DNA of 64,000 nucleotides from an uncultured Novosphingobium sp. (lineage in GTDB: Bacteria; Pseudomonadota; Alphaproteobacteria; Sphingomonadales; Sphingomonadaceae), in contig OZ223239.1 in assembly GCA_965140495.1 (NCBI GenBank), positions 2,219,678 to 2,283,677 of the forward strand, read 5' to 3'. Below the pieces are notes generated by a model. That model had not been told where the DNA came from. It was given only the letters and a program-made list of their open reading frames with translations, and searched no databases. Position numbers and translations under genes: made by a program. Of this stretch, positions 32,170-40,828 are shown piece by piece (within the stretch, counting starts at the first letter, position 1; each line of letters starts with the position of its first letter).

Positions 32170-32486
32170 ATCCTTTCGGGCTTGGCGCCTCCTTGGGTGT
32201 GCCGGGCGGCCCGGTCAAGCGGTGGATAAAAAACCTCTTGTGCGTCTACTAATGCCCTATTAGGGTATCAGTAATTCTTCGTGGTTTTGCCAATATAAAA
32301 GAAACAAACCCAGGTGAAGTTGGTTCGTTCGAAGTCCGGCGGGTGAGCGCTACGTGCGCCCTTGCCAACAGTAATACTATCAAGTCGTCAGGTTCTTTGC
32401 AGTTTCTGTAATCCCTCGCGGGTCGCACCAGCCGTCCCGCGTGCTGCTGGCTCGTGTCGGCGCGCGCGGGACGGCGATCACGCTCA

Positions 32487-33374
32487 TCAGGCCTGACCGA
32501 GGCTTTCCAGTATCCTTTCGCTTTCCTGCCACAGCCGGGCCGCGGCGGTGTCGTCCCTGGCCTGTGGGGCAGGATCGAGTTCGGCGAGGTCGTGGAAATA
32601 GCGCCCGCCGTCCTGACCCACGTCCGGCGCCGTCGCCATCCACACGATGGTCCGCGCAGGCGATTCCGGCGGAACGCATTCGTTGGCGGCCATGTAGGCC
32701 TGCATCGCATCGTCCCCGTGACTGGCGAAATTCGAACCGACGCGGCCCGGATGCATGGCCTGCGCGACGATGCCCTTGTCCGACAGCCGCCGGTCGAGTT
32801 CGCGCGTGAACAGCAGGTTGGCGAGCTTGGCCTGACAATAGGCGGTGTTGGCGGCGAAGTTGTCCGCCATCATCAGGTCGTCCCAGTTCATGCCTTCGCA
32901 CACCAGATGCGCGCTGGAGGAGACGGCAATCACCCGCACGGTTCCGGAGGATGCTTCCGCTGCAGCTGCTTCAAGCTGCGGGAGGAGTTCGCGGGTCAGC
33001 AGGAACGGGGCGAGATGGTTGGCGGCAAAGGTCGCCTCGAGCCCTTCCGAGGTCCGGTAATAGGCATCGCGCACGCCGCCGGCGTTGTTGACGAGCACGT
33101 GGATATGGTCGGTCAGTTGGGCGATCTCTTCGGCCACGCGCTTCACCTCGCGCATTTCGGTGAAGTCGCCGCGCACGAAGTCGATGCGCGCGCCCGGGCC
33201 TGCAACCGCCTTGATCTCCTCTTCGGCATCGGCGCATCGCTCCGGATCGCGGCCGGTGCCGATGACATGCCAGCCCATGCGGGCAAAGGCTTCGGCGCTG
33301 GCCTTGCCGATCCCGGAACTGGCTCCGGTAATGACGATGCAGCGGCGTTCGCTGGAATTCTGCGATGGCGACAA
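32487..33374 (-). CDS. SDR family oxidoreductase (retinol-dehydrogenase-like subgroup)
   Basis: Track ORF of 295 aa. TGASSGIG cofactor motif, NNAG, catalytic YCQAK. Last gene of the TetR-MFS-SDR operon. Confidence 0.85.
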   Translation of the reverse strand: MSPSQNSSERRCIVITGASSGIGKASAEAFARMGWHVIGTGRDPERCADAEEEIKAVAGPGARIDFVRGDFTEMREVKRVAEEIAQLTDHIHVLVNNAGGVRDAYYRTSEGLEATFAANHLAPFLLTRELLPQLEAAAAEASSGTVRVIAVSSSAHLVCEGMNWDDLMMADNFAANTAYCQAKLANLLFTRELDRRLSDKGIVAQAMHPGRVGSNFASHGDDAMQAYMAANECVPPESPARTIVWMATAPDVGQDGGRYFHDLAELDPAPQARDDTAAARLWQESERILESLGQA

Positions 33375-33396
33375 AGGGTGTCTCCTTTAACGGGTT

Positions 33397-34641
33397 TCAG
33401 GCAGCCTGAGCCGGCATCGGCGGCTCGGTTTCGACGCGGGGCGGCTTGCCGCCGCGTCCGGTCATGAAGAAGCAGAGCGCGCCGACGATCGTCAGCGCGG
33501 CGGCGATGATGAGGAAGGCGTCGAAGCGGGCCGTCGCACCGAGCGTCATGCTCAGCACGATGGAGCCGAAAGCGGTGGCGAGCCCCATCGAGGCGATGAG
33601 GAAGCTGTAGATCAGGCTGAAGTGGGCAAGGTCGAAGGTGCGCGAGGTGAGGTAGGCGCCGATGTCGCCCTCCGCACCCTGCGCCAACCCTACCAGAAGC
33701 ACCGCGCCGGCAAGCAGCCAGCCCTGTTCCGCAGGCGAGGCGAGAATGAGAAAGCCGATCGCGGGAAGGCCGAGCGCGGCCAGCGCCACCTTCTGCGGCG
33801 CCACCTTGTCGAGTGCGATGCCGCTGAAGAAGCGCCCCACCACCACACCGACGGCATAGAGCGAGACGATCCATGTCGCGAGTTGTCCGGGGGCGCCGTT
33901 CTCGATCAGCACGAGCTTGAGCTGCGAGGACACGATCACCTGCGGCACGTTGCAGAAGAACATCCCCGCCACGATGAGCAGGAACGAGGGGTGGCGAAGC
34001 AGTGCCGCGAACTCGCTACGTGTGATCGAGCGTGCCGTATGTTCCGTCGGCCCGTCTTTCGACTTGCTCTTGCCGCTGACCAGCGTGACGGCCGCAATGC
34101 CGCCGATGGCGGAAAGGAGGCCAAGAAGCCGATACCCGGTCCGCCAGCCTTCGCTGTCGATCACTTCGCCGACCAGCGGGACCACAGCAGCGCCTACCAG
34201 CGGGGCGCCGCTCATCAGGATCGAGAGCGCCATGCCGCGCGCGAGGTCGAAGCGCTGGACGATGACGCGGCTGAACACCAGCGTGGTCGTCAGCACGCCG
34301 AACAGGTGCTGGAACACGGTAATCGCGAAGAATTCGTAGATATTGCCGCTCATCACGCTGAACGCGAAGAAGCTGAGCGGCACGACAGTAAAGCCTATGC
34401 CCGCCGCGAGGCGCGCGCCGTAGCGGTCGGTGAAGCGGCCCCAGAACGGGACGACGAACATGCTTGCGAGGCCCAGCGTGCCCACCAGCGCGAATTGCGA
34501 TTTCTCCCACCCGAACTCGGCGATCAGCGCCGGGGCGAAGAGGTTGGTCATGTAGTGATTGAGCGCCGATCCCAGGGCGAGGCCCAGCATGGCACCGAGC
34601 AGCATGGGCCAGTTGACCCGGAATTCCCGGAAATAGGTCAC
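33397..34641 (-). CDS. MFS transporter
   Basis: Track ORF of 414 aa with 12 predicted TM helices. Lies 60 bp after tetR and 22 bp before the SDR. Confidence 0.85.
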   Translation of the reverse strand: MTYFREFRVNWPMLLGAMLGLALGSALNHYMTNLFAPALIAEFGWEKSQFALVGTLGLASMFVVPFWGRFTDRYGARLAAGIGFTVVPLSFFAFSVMSGNIYEFFAITVFQHLFGVLTTTLVFSRVIVQRFDLARGMALSILMSGAPLVGAAVVPLVGEVIDSEGWRTGYRLLGLLSAIGGIAAVTLVSGKSKSKDGPTEHTARSITRSEFAALLRHPSFLLIVAGMFFCNVPQVIVSSQLKLVLIENGAPGQLATWIVSLYAVGVVVGRFFSGIALDKVAPQKVALAALGLPAIGFLILASPAEQGWLLAGAVLLVGLAQGAEGDIGAYLTSRTFDLAHFSLIYSFLIASMGLATAFGSIVLSMTLGATARFDAFLIIAAALTIVGALCFFMTGRGGKPPRVETEPPMPAQAA

Positions 34642-34701
34642 GTCACTCTCTCTCCCATTGTCCGCGTCCGCTCTTGCAGATCACGGATTGCCGCCTTTGC
34701 C

Positions 34702-35376
34702 TCAGCGGGGTTCGGCGCCCTTCAGAAACAGCCGTACCGCGAAACGCACGCGGCGGTCGATATCTTCGCGTCCAAGATCGTTGCCCGAAAGGATGAAACG
34801 CACCGGGCCGCTGACCACCATGCTCATGAAAACGTTCGCCGCCAGCAACGGATCGTCGATGGCCAGATGTCCGGCAGTCGTCTCGTCTTTCAGAATGTCG
34901 GCGAGGAACCGCACGGTGGGCAGCGCGGCGATGTCGTAATAGGTCTGGAAGATGTCCGGGAAGCGGTAGGACTCGGTGTTGATCAGCCGCTGCAGCTTGG
35001 TCCCTTCGGGCGTCGAGACCAGCGCAATGCGCAGCTTGGCGATATTGACCAGCGTTTCTTCCAGATCGTCGGCGCGGGTGGCGGAAATGACCTCCGGCGT
35101 TGCCGCCAGCCGCTCGGTGCCGCGGCGTACGGCGGCGCGGAAGAGGGCGGTCTTGTCGGCATAGCGCGCATAGACCGTGCGCTTGGTCATGTTCACGTCG
35201 GCCGCGATTGCCTCGATGGTCGCCGCCTCGAAGCCTTTCTCCAGAAATTGCATCAGAGCGCAGTCGAGCAGGGCCTCCTGCCGGGCGCGGGCCTGTTCGC
35301 GCGTCGGGCGTCCTGCGCGTACGGGCGCAGCCGCGGATTTCGGCGGGGAGGGCTTGCGGTGCGTACGCTCGGGCAT
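34702..35376 (-). CDS. TetR family transcriptional regulator
   Basis: Track ORF 34702..35436; ATG 35376 (MPERTHRK) preferred, 35436 possible. HTH FEAATIEAIAADVNMTKRTVYARY. Confidence 0.85.
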   Translation of the reverse strand: MPERTHRKPSPPKSAAAPVRAGRPTREQARARQEALLDCALMQFLEKGFEAATIEAIAADVNMTKRTVYARYADKTALFRAAVRRGTERLAATPEVISATRADDLEETLVNIAKLRIALVSTPEGTKLQRLINTESYRFPDIFQTYYDIAALPTVRFLADILKDETTAGHLAIDDPLLAANVFMSMVVSGPVRFILSGNDLGREDIDRRVRFAVRLFLKGAEPR

Positions 35377-35418
35377 GGGCTGACTGATACCGATTTCGCT
35401 TGCTCCGCCAAGAGAATC

Positions 35419-35434
35419 GCGTTTAATGAAACGC
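35419..35434. promoter_or_regulatory. candidate TetR operator in the divergent tetR / luxE-like spacer
   Basis: GCGTTT-AATG-AAACGC inverted repeat, overlapping a second one, TTAATG-N15-CATTAA (35422-35448). No binding data. Confidence 0.35.
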
Positions 35435-35502
35435 ACAAGATGCCATTAATCGAGTCGCACCGGACTGTCCAGAGCTGCCGGATGGCGACCGCAAGAGGAG
35501 AG

Positions 35503-36858
35503 ATGCAGATGGGCGCAGCAGCCGACAAACTCATGGCCCTGGTAGCCGATCCGGACCGTTTCACGTTTTCGCACGACGATCTGCGCGAGACGCAGATCGC
35601 TGCGCTCAACGAGCGGTTCGAGGAGCGCAAGGACCAGATCAAGCTCCTCTCGCTGCGTGCCCGTGATGCCGGGATCGAGAAGATCGAGCGGATCGCCGAT
35701 GTCGTGCCGATCCTCTTCCCGCACACCGCCTACAAGTCCTACCCGGAAAGCTACCTGATGGATGAGCGTTGGGATCGGCTGACCAAATGGCTGGGGACGA
35801 TCTCTCCCTATCCCATCGAAGGAGTCTCGCTCGAAGGCATCGAGGGGATCGACGACTGGATCGCCCGGCTGGCGGCCAAGGGCTATTTCATCTCCTGCTC
35901 CAGCGGCACGACGGGAAAGTCGGCGATGCTGATCGCCTCGCAGAAGGACATGGACTGGTCGAAGATCGATACGGTCAACGTATTCTCGTGGGGCTCGGGC
36001 GTGAAGCCGGCGCAGGACCGCCTGATCATCGGTTGCGCGCCCGTCGCCACGGTGCCCAAGAACGCGACGATCGCGCAGGCGCAGTACGATGCTTTCGCCA
36101 ATCCCGAATGGCCGCGCTGGACCTATCCGGTGCCGCCGATCACCGTGGGTTCGCTCACCTCGATGGTGGTCATGCGCAAGAAGATCGCCGACGGCACCGC
36201 GCGTCCGGACGAAATCGCCGCGTTTGAAGAGACCTCGGCGATGCGCGCCAAGGCCATCGAGGATGCCGTTCCCGCCACCGCGCAGTTCATCATCGAGAAC
36301 CGCGACAAGAAGCTGCAGCTCTCCGGTCTGTGGAGCGGCCTGTGGCAGGTCGCCAAGGCGGTGCGCGATGCGGGCTATGGCCGTGAGGACTTCAATCCCG
36401 ACAATTCGATCTACGTGGGCGGCGGGCTCAAGCGCGCGCAGCTTCCGGCGGACTATCAGGAATACGTCTTCGAGACTTTCAACATTCCCGAAGACCGCCA
36501 CTTCCAGAACTATTCGATGCAGGAACTGAACTCGGGCATGCCCAAGTGCCGCGAGGGTGGGCGCTACCATTTGCCGCCATGGATGGTCCCGGTCCTGCTC
36601 GACAAGTCGGGCGATGCCGCGCTCGATCATACCGGCGGCGAGATGGAAGGCCGGGCCGCATTCTTCGACCTTTCGCTTGATGGCCGCTGGGGCGGCGTGA
36701 TCACCGGCGACAAGATCTCGCTCGATTTCAGTCCCTGCAAGTGCGGCAATCACGGGCCGTCGGTGCGCGACAACATCGTGCGCTACGCCGATCTGGAGGG
36801 TGACGACAAGATCGGCTGTGCAGGCACCGTCGATGCCTATGTGCGGGGTGTGGCATGA
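35503..36858 (+). CDS. LuxE-type acyl-protein synthetase (adenylate-forming enzyme)
   Basis: Only the 3' 451 codons of track ORF 33622..36858 are plausible. ATG 35503 is preceded by AGGAGAG. Motifs: SSGTTGKS, YVGGGLKR, and a C-terminal CKCGNHGP...DDKIGCAGTVD resembling the LuxE C-terminus with its acylated Cys (from memory). Confidence 0.72.
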   Translation: MQMGAAADKLMALVADPDRFTFSHDDLRETQIAALNERFEERKDQIKLLSLRARDAGIEKIERIADVVPILFPHTAYKSYPESYLMDERWDRLTKWLGTISPYPIEGVSLEGIEGIDDWIARLAAKGYFISCSSGTTGKSAMLIASQKDMDWSKIDTVNVFSWGSGVKPAQDRLIIGCAPVATVPKNATIAQAQYDAFANPEWPRWTYPVPPITVGSLTSMVVMRKKIADGTARPDEIAAFEETSAMRAKAIEDAVPATAQFIIENRDKKLQLSGLWSGLWQVAKAVRDAGYGREDFNPDNSIYVGGGLKRAQLPADYQEYVFETFNIPEDRHFQNYSMQELNSGMPKCREGGRYHLPPWMVPVLLDKSGDAALDHTGGEMEGRAAFFDLSLDGRWGGVITGDKISLDFSPCKCGNHGPSVRDNIVRYADLEGDDKIGCAGTVDAYVRGVA

Positions 36859-38276
36859 ACGATCTGACTGAAACGCGAGAGGGCGAAGATCTCGTCTCGG
36901 CGCCGTTCTTTCTGCGCGGTGAAGTGCTGCACGGCACCGACGTGATCCAGACCTCGCGCGATCTCGGCGTGACTTTCGCAACGCCGCGCATTCCCTTTGA
37001 CAGGGCGATCCCGCCGCGCACCGAAGTGCCGCCGCTGCTCAACGTGCCGCTGGCCGAGATCATCGATTTCCTCGTCGAGACCGGGCAGCGGCTGGTCGCG
37101 AAGGACAACGACCACATGCAGGAGTGCATCGAGCGCATGTGCCGCACGCATATCCTGCCGCGTGCCGTGGTCGAGAACACCGCCCACCATGCCGCCGCCT
37201 ACCTCGACAAGCGCACGCTCATGGCCGAAGTCGAACAGAACTTCCCCGATCCCCGCGCGCTCGATGAATGGGTGCCCAAGCAGGATTACACCGGGCGCAA
37301 GAGCTTCGTGCGCGCCTTCGCGCCGCGTCTGATCCACGTGCTGCCGGGCAATTCGCCGGGTGTGGCGGTGAAGTCGGTGGCGCAGGGCTCGATGGTCAAG
37401 GGCATCAACCTGTTCAAGATGAGCAGCGCCGACCCCTTTACCATGGTCGCGATCCTGCGGACCATGGCGGACCTCGATCCGCAGCATCCCATCGTGAAGT
37501 CGATGTCGGCCGTCTATTGGCGCGGCGGCGACGATGCGACCGAGCGCGTGCTCTACCGCCCGCAGTACTTCGACAAGATCGTCGCCTGGGGCGGTGGTGA
37601 CGCGATCAACAACGTCATCAAATACCTCGGCCCCGGCTTCCAGCTCGTCTCGTTCGATCCCAAGACCTCGATATCGATGGTGGGCAAGGAGGCCTTTGCC
37701 GATGACGAGACCCTCGATCGGGTCGCGGATATGTGTTCGGCCGACGTCATGACGCTCAACCAGGAGGCCTGCGTCGCCAGTCGCTATCAGTTCGTGGAAG
37801 GGCCGCAGGAAGACGTCGACCGCTTCTGCGAGCGCCTGCACCACCATATCGCCCGTCGCGCTGCCGAAAGCGGCGATGTGCGCAAGCTCGATCAGGACAT
37901 GCGCGAAGCGGTCGAGATGATGGTAATGATGGACGACGAGTTCGGCGTCTGGGGCCGTACCGACGGCAAGGGGCTGGTGATCCGTTCCGACGAGCCGGTC
38001 GATTTCCATCCGATCAACAAGACCGCCAATGTCGTGCGCGTCGATAGCCTCGACGATGCCGTGAAGTGGATCAACGTAGCCACGCAGACGGTGGGCTTTT
38101 ATCCTTTCGACCGCATGGCCGATTACCGCGACCGACTGGCCGCCGGCGGGGCGCAACGCATCGTCCACCTCGGCGAGGCGGGGCCGTCCACCATCGGCAA
38201 TCCGCACGATGCCATGTATCCGCTGCACCGCTTCGTGCACTGGATGGCGCATGAAGATGGAAAGGCCGAGGGGTAA
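36855..38276 (+). CDS. LuxC-type acyl-CoA/acyl-protein reductase (aldehyde-forming)
   Basis: Track ORF of 473 aa. ATGA overlap with the upstream gene. LIHVLPGNSPGVAVKSVAQGSMVKGINLFKMSSADP and candidate catalytic Cys in NQEACVASRY resemble the LuxC family (from memory). Confidence 0.72.
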   Translation: MNDLTETREGEDLVSAPFFLRGEVLHGTDVIQTSRDLGVTFATPRIPFDRAIPPRTEVPPLLNVPLAEIIDFLVETGQRLVAKDNDHMQECIERMCRTHILPRAVVENTAHHAAAYLDKRTLMAEVEQNFPDPRALDEWVPKQDYTGRKSFVRAFAPRLIHVLPGNSPGVAVKSVAQGSMVKGINLFKMSSADPFTMVAILRTMADLDPQHPIVKSMSAVYWRGGDDATERVLYRPQYFDKIVAWGGGDAINNVIKYLGPGFQLVSFDPKTSISMVGKEAFADDETLDRVADMCSADVMTLNQEACVASRYQFVEGPQEDVDRFCERLHHHIARRAAESGDVRKLDQDMREAVEMMVMMDDEFGVWGRTDGKGLVIRSDEPVDFHPINKTANVVRVDSLDDAVKWINVATQTVGFYPFDRMADYRDRLAAGGAQRIVHLGEAGPSTIGNPHDAMYPLHRFVHWMAHEDGKAEG

Positions 38277-38307
38277 CAGTGGGGATCAGCGGACGTTGAA
38301 ACATTGA

Positions 38308-38418
38308 CGTCATGCCAGCGAAGGCTGGCATCGTTGTCGCCATGGCATAACCGCATGTCATGGCTGGCTGGGCCGTCTCGCTTGGTACCCAGCGATCCCG
38401 GCCTTAGCTGGGATGACG
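38308..38418. repeat. REP-like inverted pair (family 2, GTCATsCCAGC-kAAG-GCyGGsATC units)
   Basis: Perfect hairpin ATGCCAGC-GAAG-GCTGGCAT at 38312-38331. A related unit in opposite orientation lies at about 38394-38418 (ATCCCGGC-CTTA-GCTGGGAT). Confidence 0.65.
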
Positions 38419-38662
38419 AGCTTTGGTGGGGCGGCTCGCAACCCGAAGCTCGACTCGTTCGAATGACCTTGCTGAAACCGGGCGTCAAAACCACGGCCAC
38501 GATTCCATCGCCCGCGCGAAAATGGTTTCGTGTGAAAGCTTCCGGTGACGCTGCCCCTTGCCTGCAGCGCCCGTTGCGCTAGGCATCGCAGGGCAATGCG
38601 GCGGTACGCATGCGGGAATACCTGTGTCCGTGCCAGCCGACCGATGGAGGATCTAAAGTACC

Positions 38663-38893
38663 ATGGCCGTTGAAATCCTGCTCCCGAAGATCGGTTTCTC
38701 GATGCAAGAGGGCCAGATCGCCGAATGGCTCGCCAAGGATGGCGACCAGGTGACCGAAGGCCAGCCGCTCTTCTCGCTCGAAGCCGACAAGTCGACCAAC
38801 GAAGTCGAATCGCCCGCGACCGGCACGCTCAAGATCGTTGCCAGCACCGGCGAGACCCTCGAAGTCGGCACCGTTCTCGGCTACATCGAGTAA
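38663..38893 (+). CDS. stand-alone lipoyl-attachment domain protein (76 aa)
   Basis: Track ORF. MAVEILLPKIGFSMQEGQIAEW...LFSLEADKSTNEVESPATGTLKIV is a single E2-type lipoyl domain with the DK lysine. RBS GGAGGA is upstream. No further domains. Confidence 0.8.
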   Translation: MAVEILLPKIGFSMQEGQIAEWLAKDGDQVTEGQPLFSLEADKSTNEVESPATGTLKIVASTGETLEVGTVLGYIE

Positions 38894-38945
38894 CAAGTAT
38901 CTAGACCGGCTGGACAATAGTGTCTGGCCGGTACAGATTGCGCTC

Positions 38946-39485
38946 ATGTGCAAGTTTCTTCTTCCGACCATCGCCCTGGCCGCGCTGACGCTGCCTTCCG
39001 TCGCCTCCGCCGAACTTCCGGTGGGAACCAAGGCGCCGATGTTCCGCACCTCGGTGGCCGAGGCCGGCAAGAGCAAGCGGTACAGCCTGCGTGTTGCCCT
39101 GCGTAAGGGCCCGGTAGTCGTCTACTTCTATCCCAAGGCGTTTACGCAGGGCTGCACCGCGGAGGCGCATGCCTTTGCCGAGGCGACCGACGATTTCGCG
39201 GCGCTCGGTGCGACCGTGGTCGGCCTGTCGGCGGACGACCTGCCGACGCTGGAGAAGTTCTCCACCGAGCATTGCCGTGACAAGTTTCCCGTCGGGGTCG
39301 CCACACCGGTGATCATCCGCGACTACGACGTAGCGCTCAACAGCGGGGGCGCGACCATGACCAAGCGCACCAGCTACGTCATCGCAAAGGACGGCACGAT
39401 CACCATGGTCCATTCGGACATGGACTACCGCGATCACGTCAAGCGGACGCTCGCGGCGGTGAAGAAGCTCAAAGCCAAGCGCTGA
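38946..39485 (+). CDS. exported peroxiredoxin (AhpC/TSA-Bcp family)
   Basis: Track ORF 38838..39485 trimmed to ATG 38946. Signal peptide MCKFLLPTIALAALTLPSVASA. Peroxidatic Cys motif FYPKAFTQGCT. Confidence 0.8.
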   Translation: MCKFLLPTIALAALTLPSVASAELPVGTKAPMFRTSVAEAGKSKRYSLRVALRKGPVVVYFYPKAFTQGCTAEAHAFAEATDDFAALGATVVGLSADDLPTLEKFSTEHCRDKFPVGVATPVIIRDYDVALNSGGATMTKRTSYVIAKDGTITMVHSDMDYRDHVKRTLAAVKKLKAKR

Positions 39486-39617
39486 TCCCGCGCCACTGCT
39501 CTTGAAACAGACCGGCCTTGCCGGGTAAGGGCGTCGCTTTCCGCAAGGAACCGTTTCCGCGCGCACCCGTTCTGGCGGGTGTCGCCCGGCGGCCCTTGCT
39601 TCATTGGAGTTCTTGTC

Positions 39618-40745
39618 ATGCGTGCCGAAGGTCAGGCCCATATTGACCGTATCGAAAAGGCCCTCGCGCTGGTCCGCAAGTCGCTCGACTGGGAGCGGGC
39701 GCTGCGCCGGTTCGATGAGCTGAACGCGCGCGTCGAGGATCCCACGCTCTGGGACAATCCCAAGGAAGCCGAAGCGGTGATGAAGGAACGCCGCCGGCTC
39801 GAAGCCTCGATCGGTGCGGTGAATGAAATCAGCGCCGAAATGGCCGATGCCGTCGAGTTCGTCGAACTCGGCGAGGCGGAGGACGACGACGAGACGATCC
39901 AGGAAGGCCTCTCGACACTGGCAGCGCTGGCCGAGCGGGCCGACCGCGACAAGGTGCAGGCACTGCTTTCGGGCGAGGCCGACAGCAACGACACCTATCT
40001 GGAAGTCCACGCCGGCGCCGGCGGTACCGAGAGCCAGGACTGGGCCGAGATGCTGCAACGCATGTACACGCGCTGGGCCGAGCGCAAGGGCTACAAGGTC
40101 GAGCTGGTCGAGTACCACGCCGGTGAAGCCGCGGGCATCAAGAGCTGCACGCTGCTGCTCAAGGGCGAGAACGCCTATGGTTGGGCCAAGACCGAGAGCG
40201 GCGTCCACCGCCTCGTGCGCATCAGCCCCTACGACAGCTCGGCGCGCCGCCACACCAGCTTCTCGTCGGTCTGGGTCTATCCGGTGATCGACGACACCTT
40301 CGAGATCGACATCAACCCGGCCGATCTGAAGATCGACACCTACCGCGCCTCGGGGGCGGGCGGTCAGCACGTCAACACGACGGACTCGGCGGTGCGTATC
40401 ACCCACCAGCCGTCCGGCATCGTCGTGGCCAGCCAGATCGACCGCTCGCAGCACAAGAACCGCGAAATCGCCATGGGCATGCTCAAGTCGCGCCTGTTCG
40501 AGGAAGAGATGCGCAAGCGCGAGGAAGCCGCCAGTGCCGAGCACGCGAGCAAGAGCGACATCGGCTGGGGCCACCAGATCCGCTCCTATGTGCTGCAGCC
40601 CTATCAGCAGGTGAAGGACCTGCGCACGGGCGTGGTGTCGACGGCGCCAGACGATGTTCTGGACGGCGATCTCGATCCGTTCATGGCCGCCGCGCTGTCG
40701 CAGCGCGTCACCGGCGAAAAGGTCGAAATCGAAGACGTCGACTGA
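39618..40745 (+). CDS. prfB: peptide chain release factor 2
   Basis: Track ORF 39579..40745 trimmed to ATG 39618 (GGAG upstream). GGQ motif SGAGGQHVN. RF2-type region VRISPYDSSARRHTSF. Single uninterrupted frame. Confidence 0.92.
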   Translation: MRAEGQAHIDRIEKALALVRKSLDWERALRRFDELNARVEDPTLWDNPKEAEAVMKERRRLEASIGAVNEISAEMADAVEFVELGEAEDDDETIQEGLSTLAALAERADRDKVQALLSGEADSNDTYLEVHAGAGGTESQDWAEMLQRMYTRWAERKGYKVELVEYHAGEAAGIKSCTLLLKGENAYGWAKTESGVHRLVRISPYDSSARRHTSFSSVWVYPVIDDTFEIDINPADLKIDTYRASGAGGQHVNTTDSAVRITHQPSGIVVASQIDRSQHKNREIAMGMLKSRLFEEEMRKREEAASAEHASKSDIGWGHQIRSYVLQPYQQVKDLRTGVVSTAPDDVLDGDLDPFMAAALSQRVTGEKVEIEDVD

Positions 40746-40828
40746 ACCAGTCGCATGGTCTTGCCATGGGACAGTCACGGCACGGACAAGGATTTTGCCA
40801 AGTGCGGGGCGAAGCGCTAAGGGGCCGC

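Noticed and set aside
32310-32360. GGTTCGTTCGAAGTCC resembling a tRNA T-arm, possibly an att-site remnant at the left edge of the SDR-MFS-TetR-LuxEC cluster
   Set aside because: I could not fold a T-stem or acceptor stem around it, and there is no matching direct repeat at the other side of the cluster.
33622-36858. 1078-aa plus-strand ORF in the track
   Set aside because: Its first ~627 codons run antisense to well-supported MFS and TetR genes and translate to Arg/Ala/Gly-rich low-information sequence. Only the last 451 codons (from ATG 35503, which has an RBS) look like a real protein.
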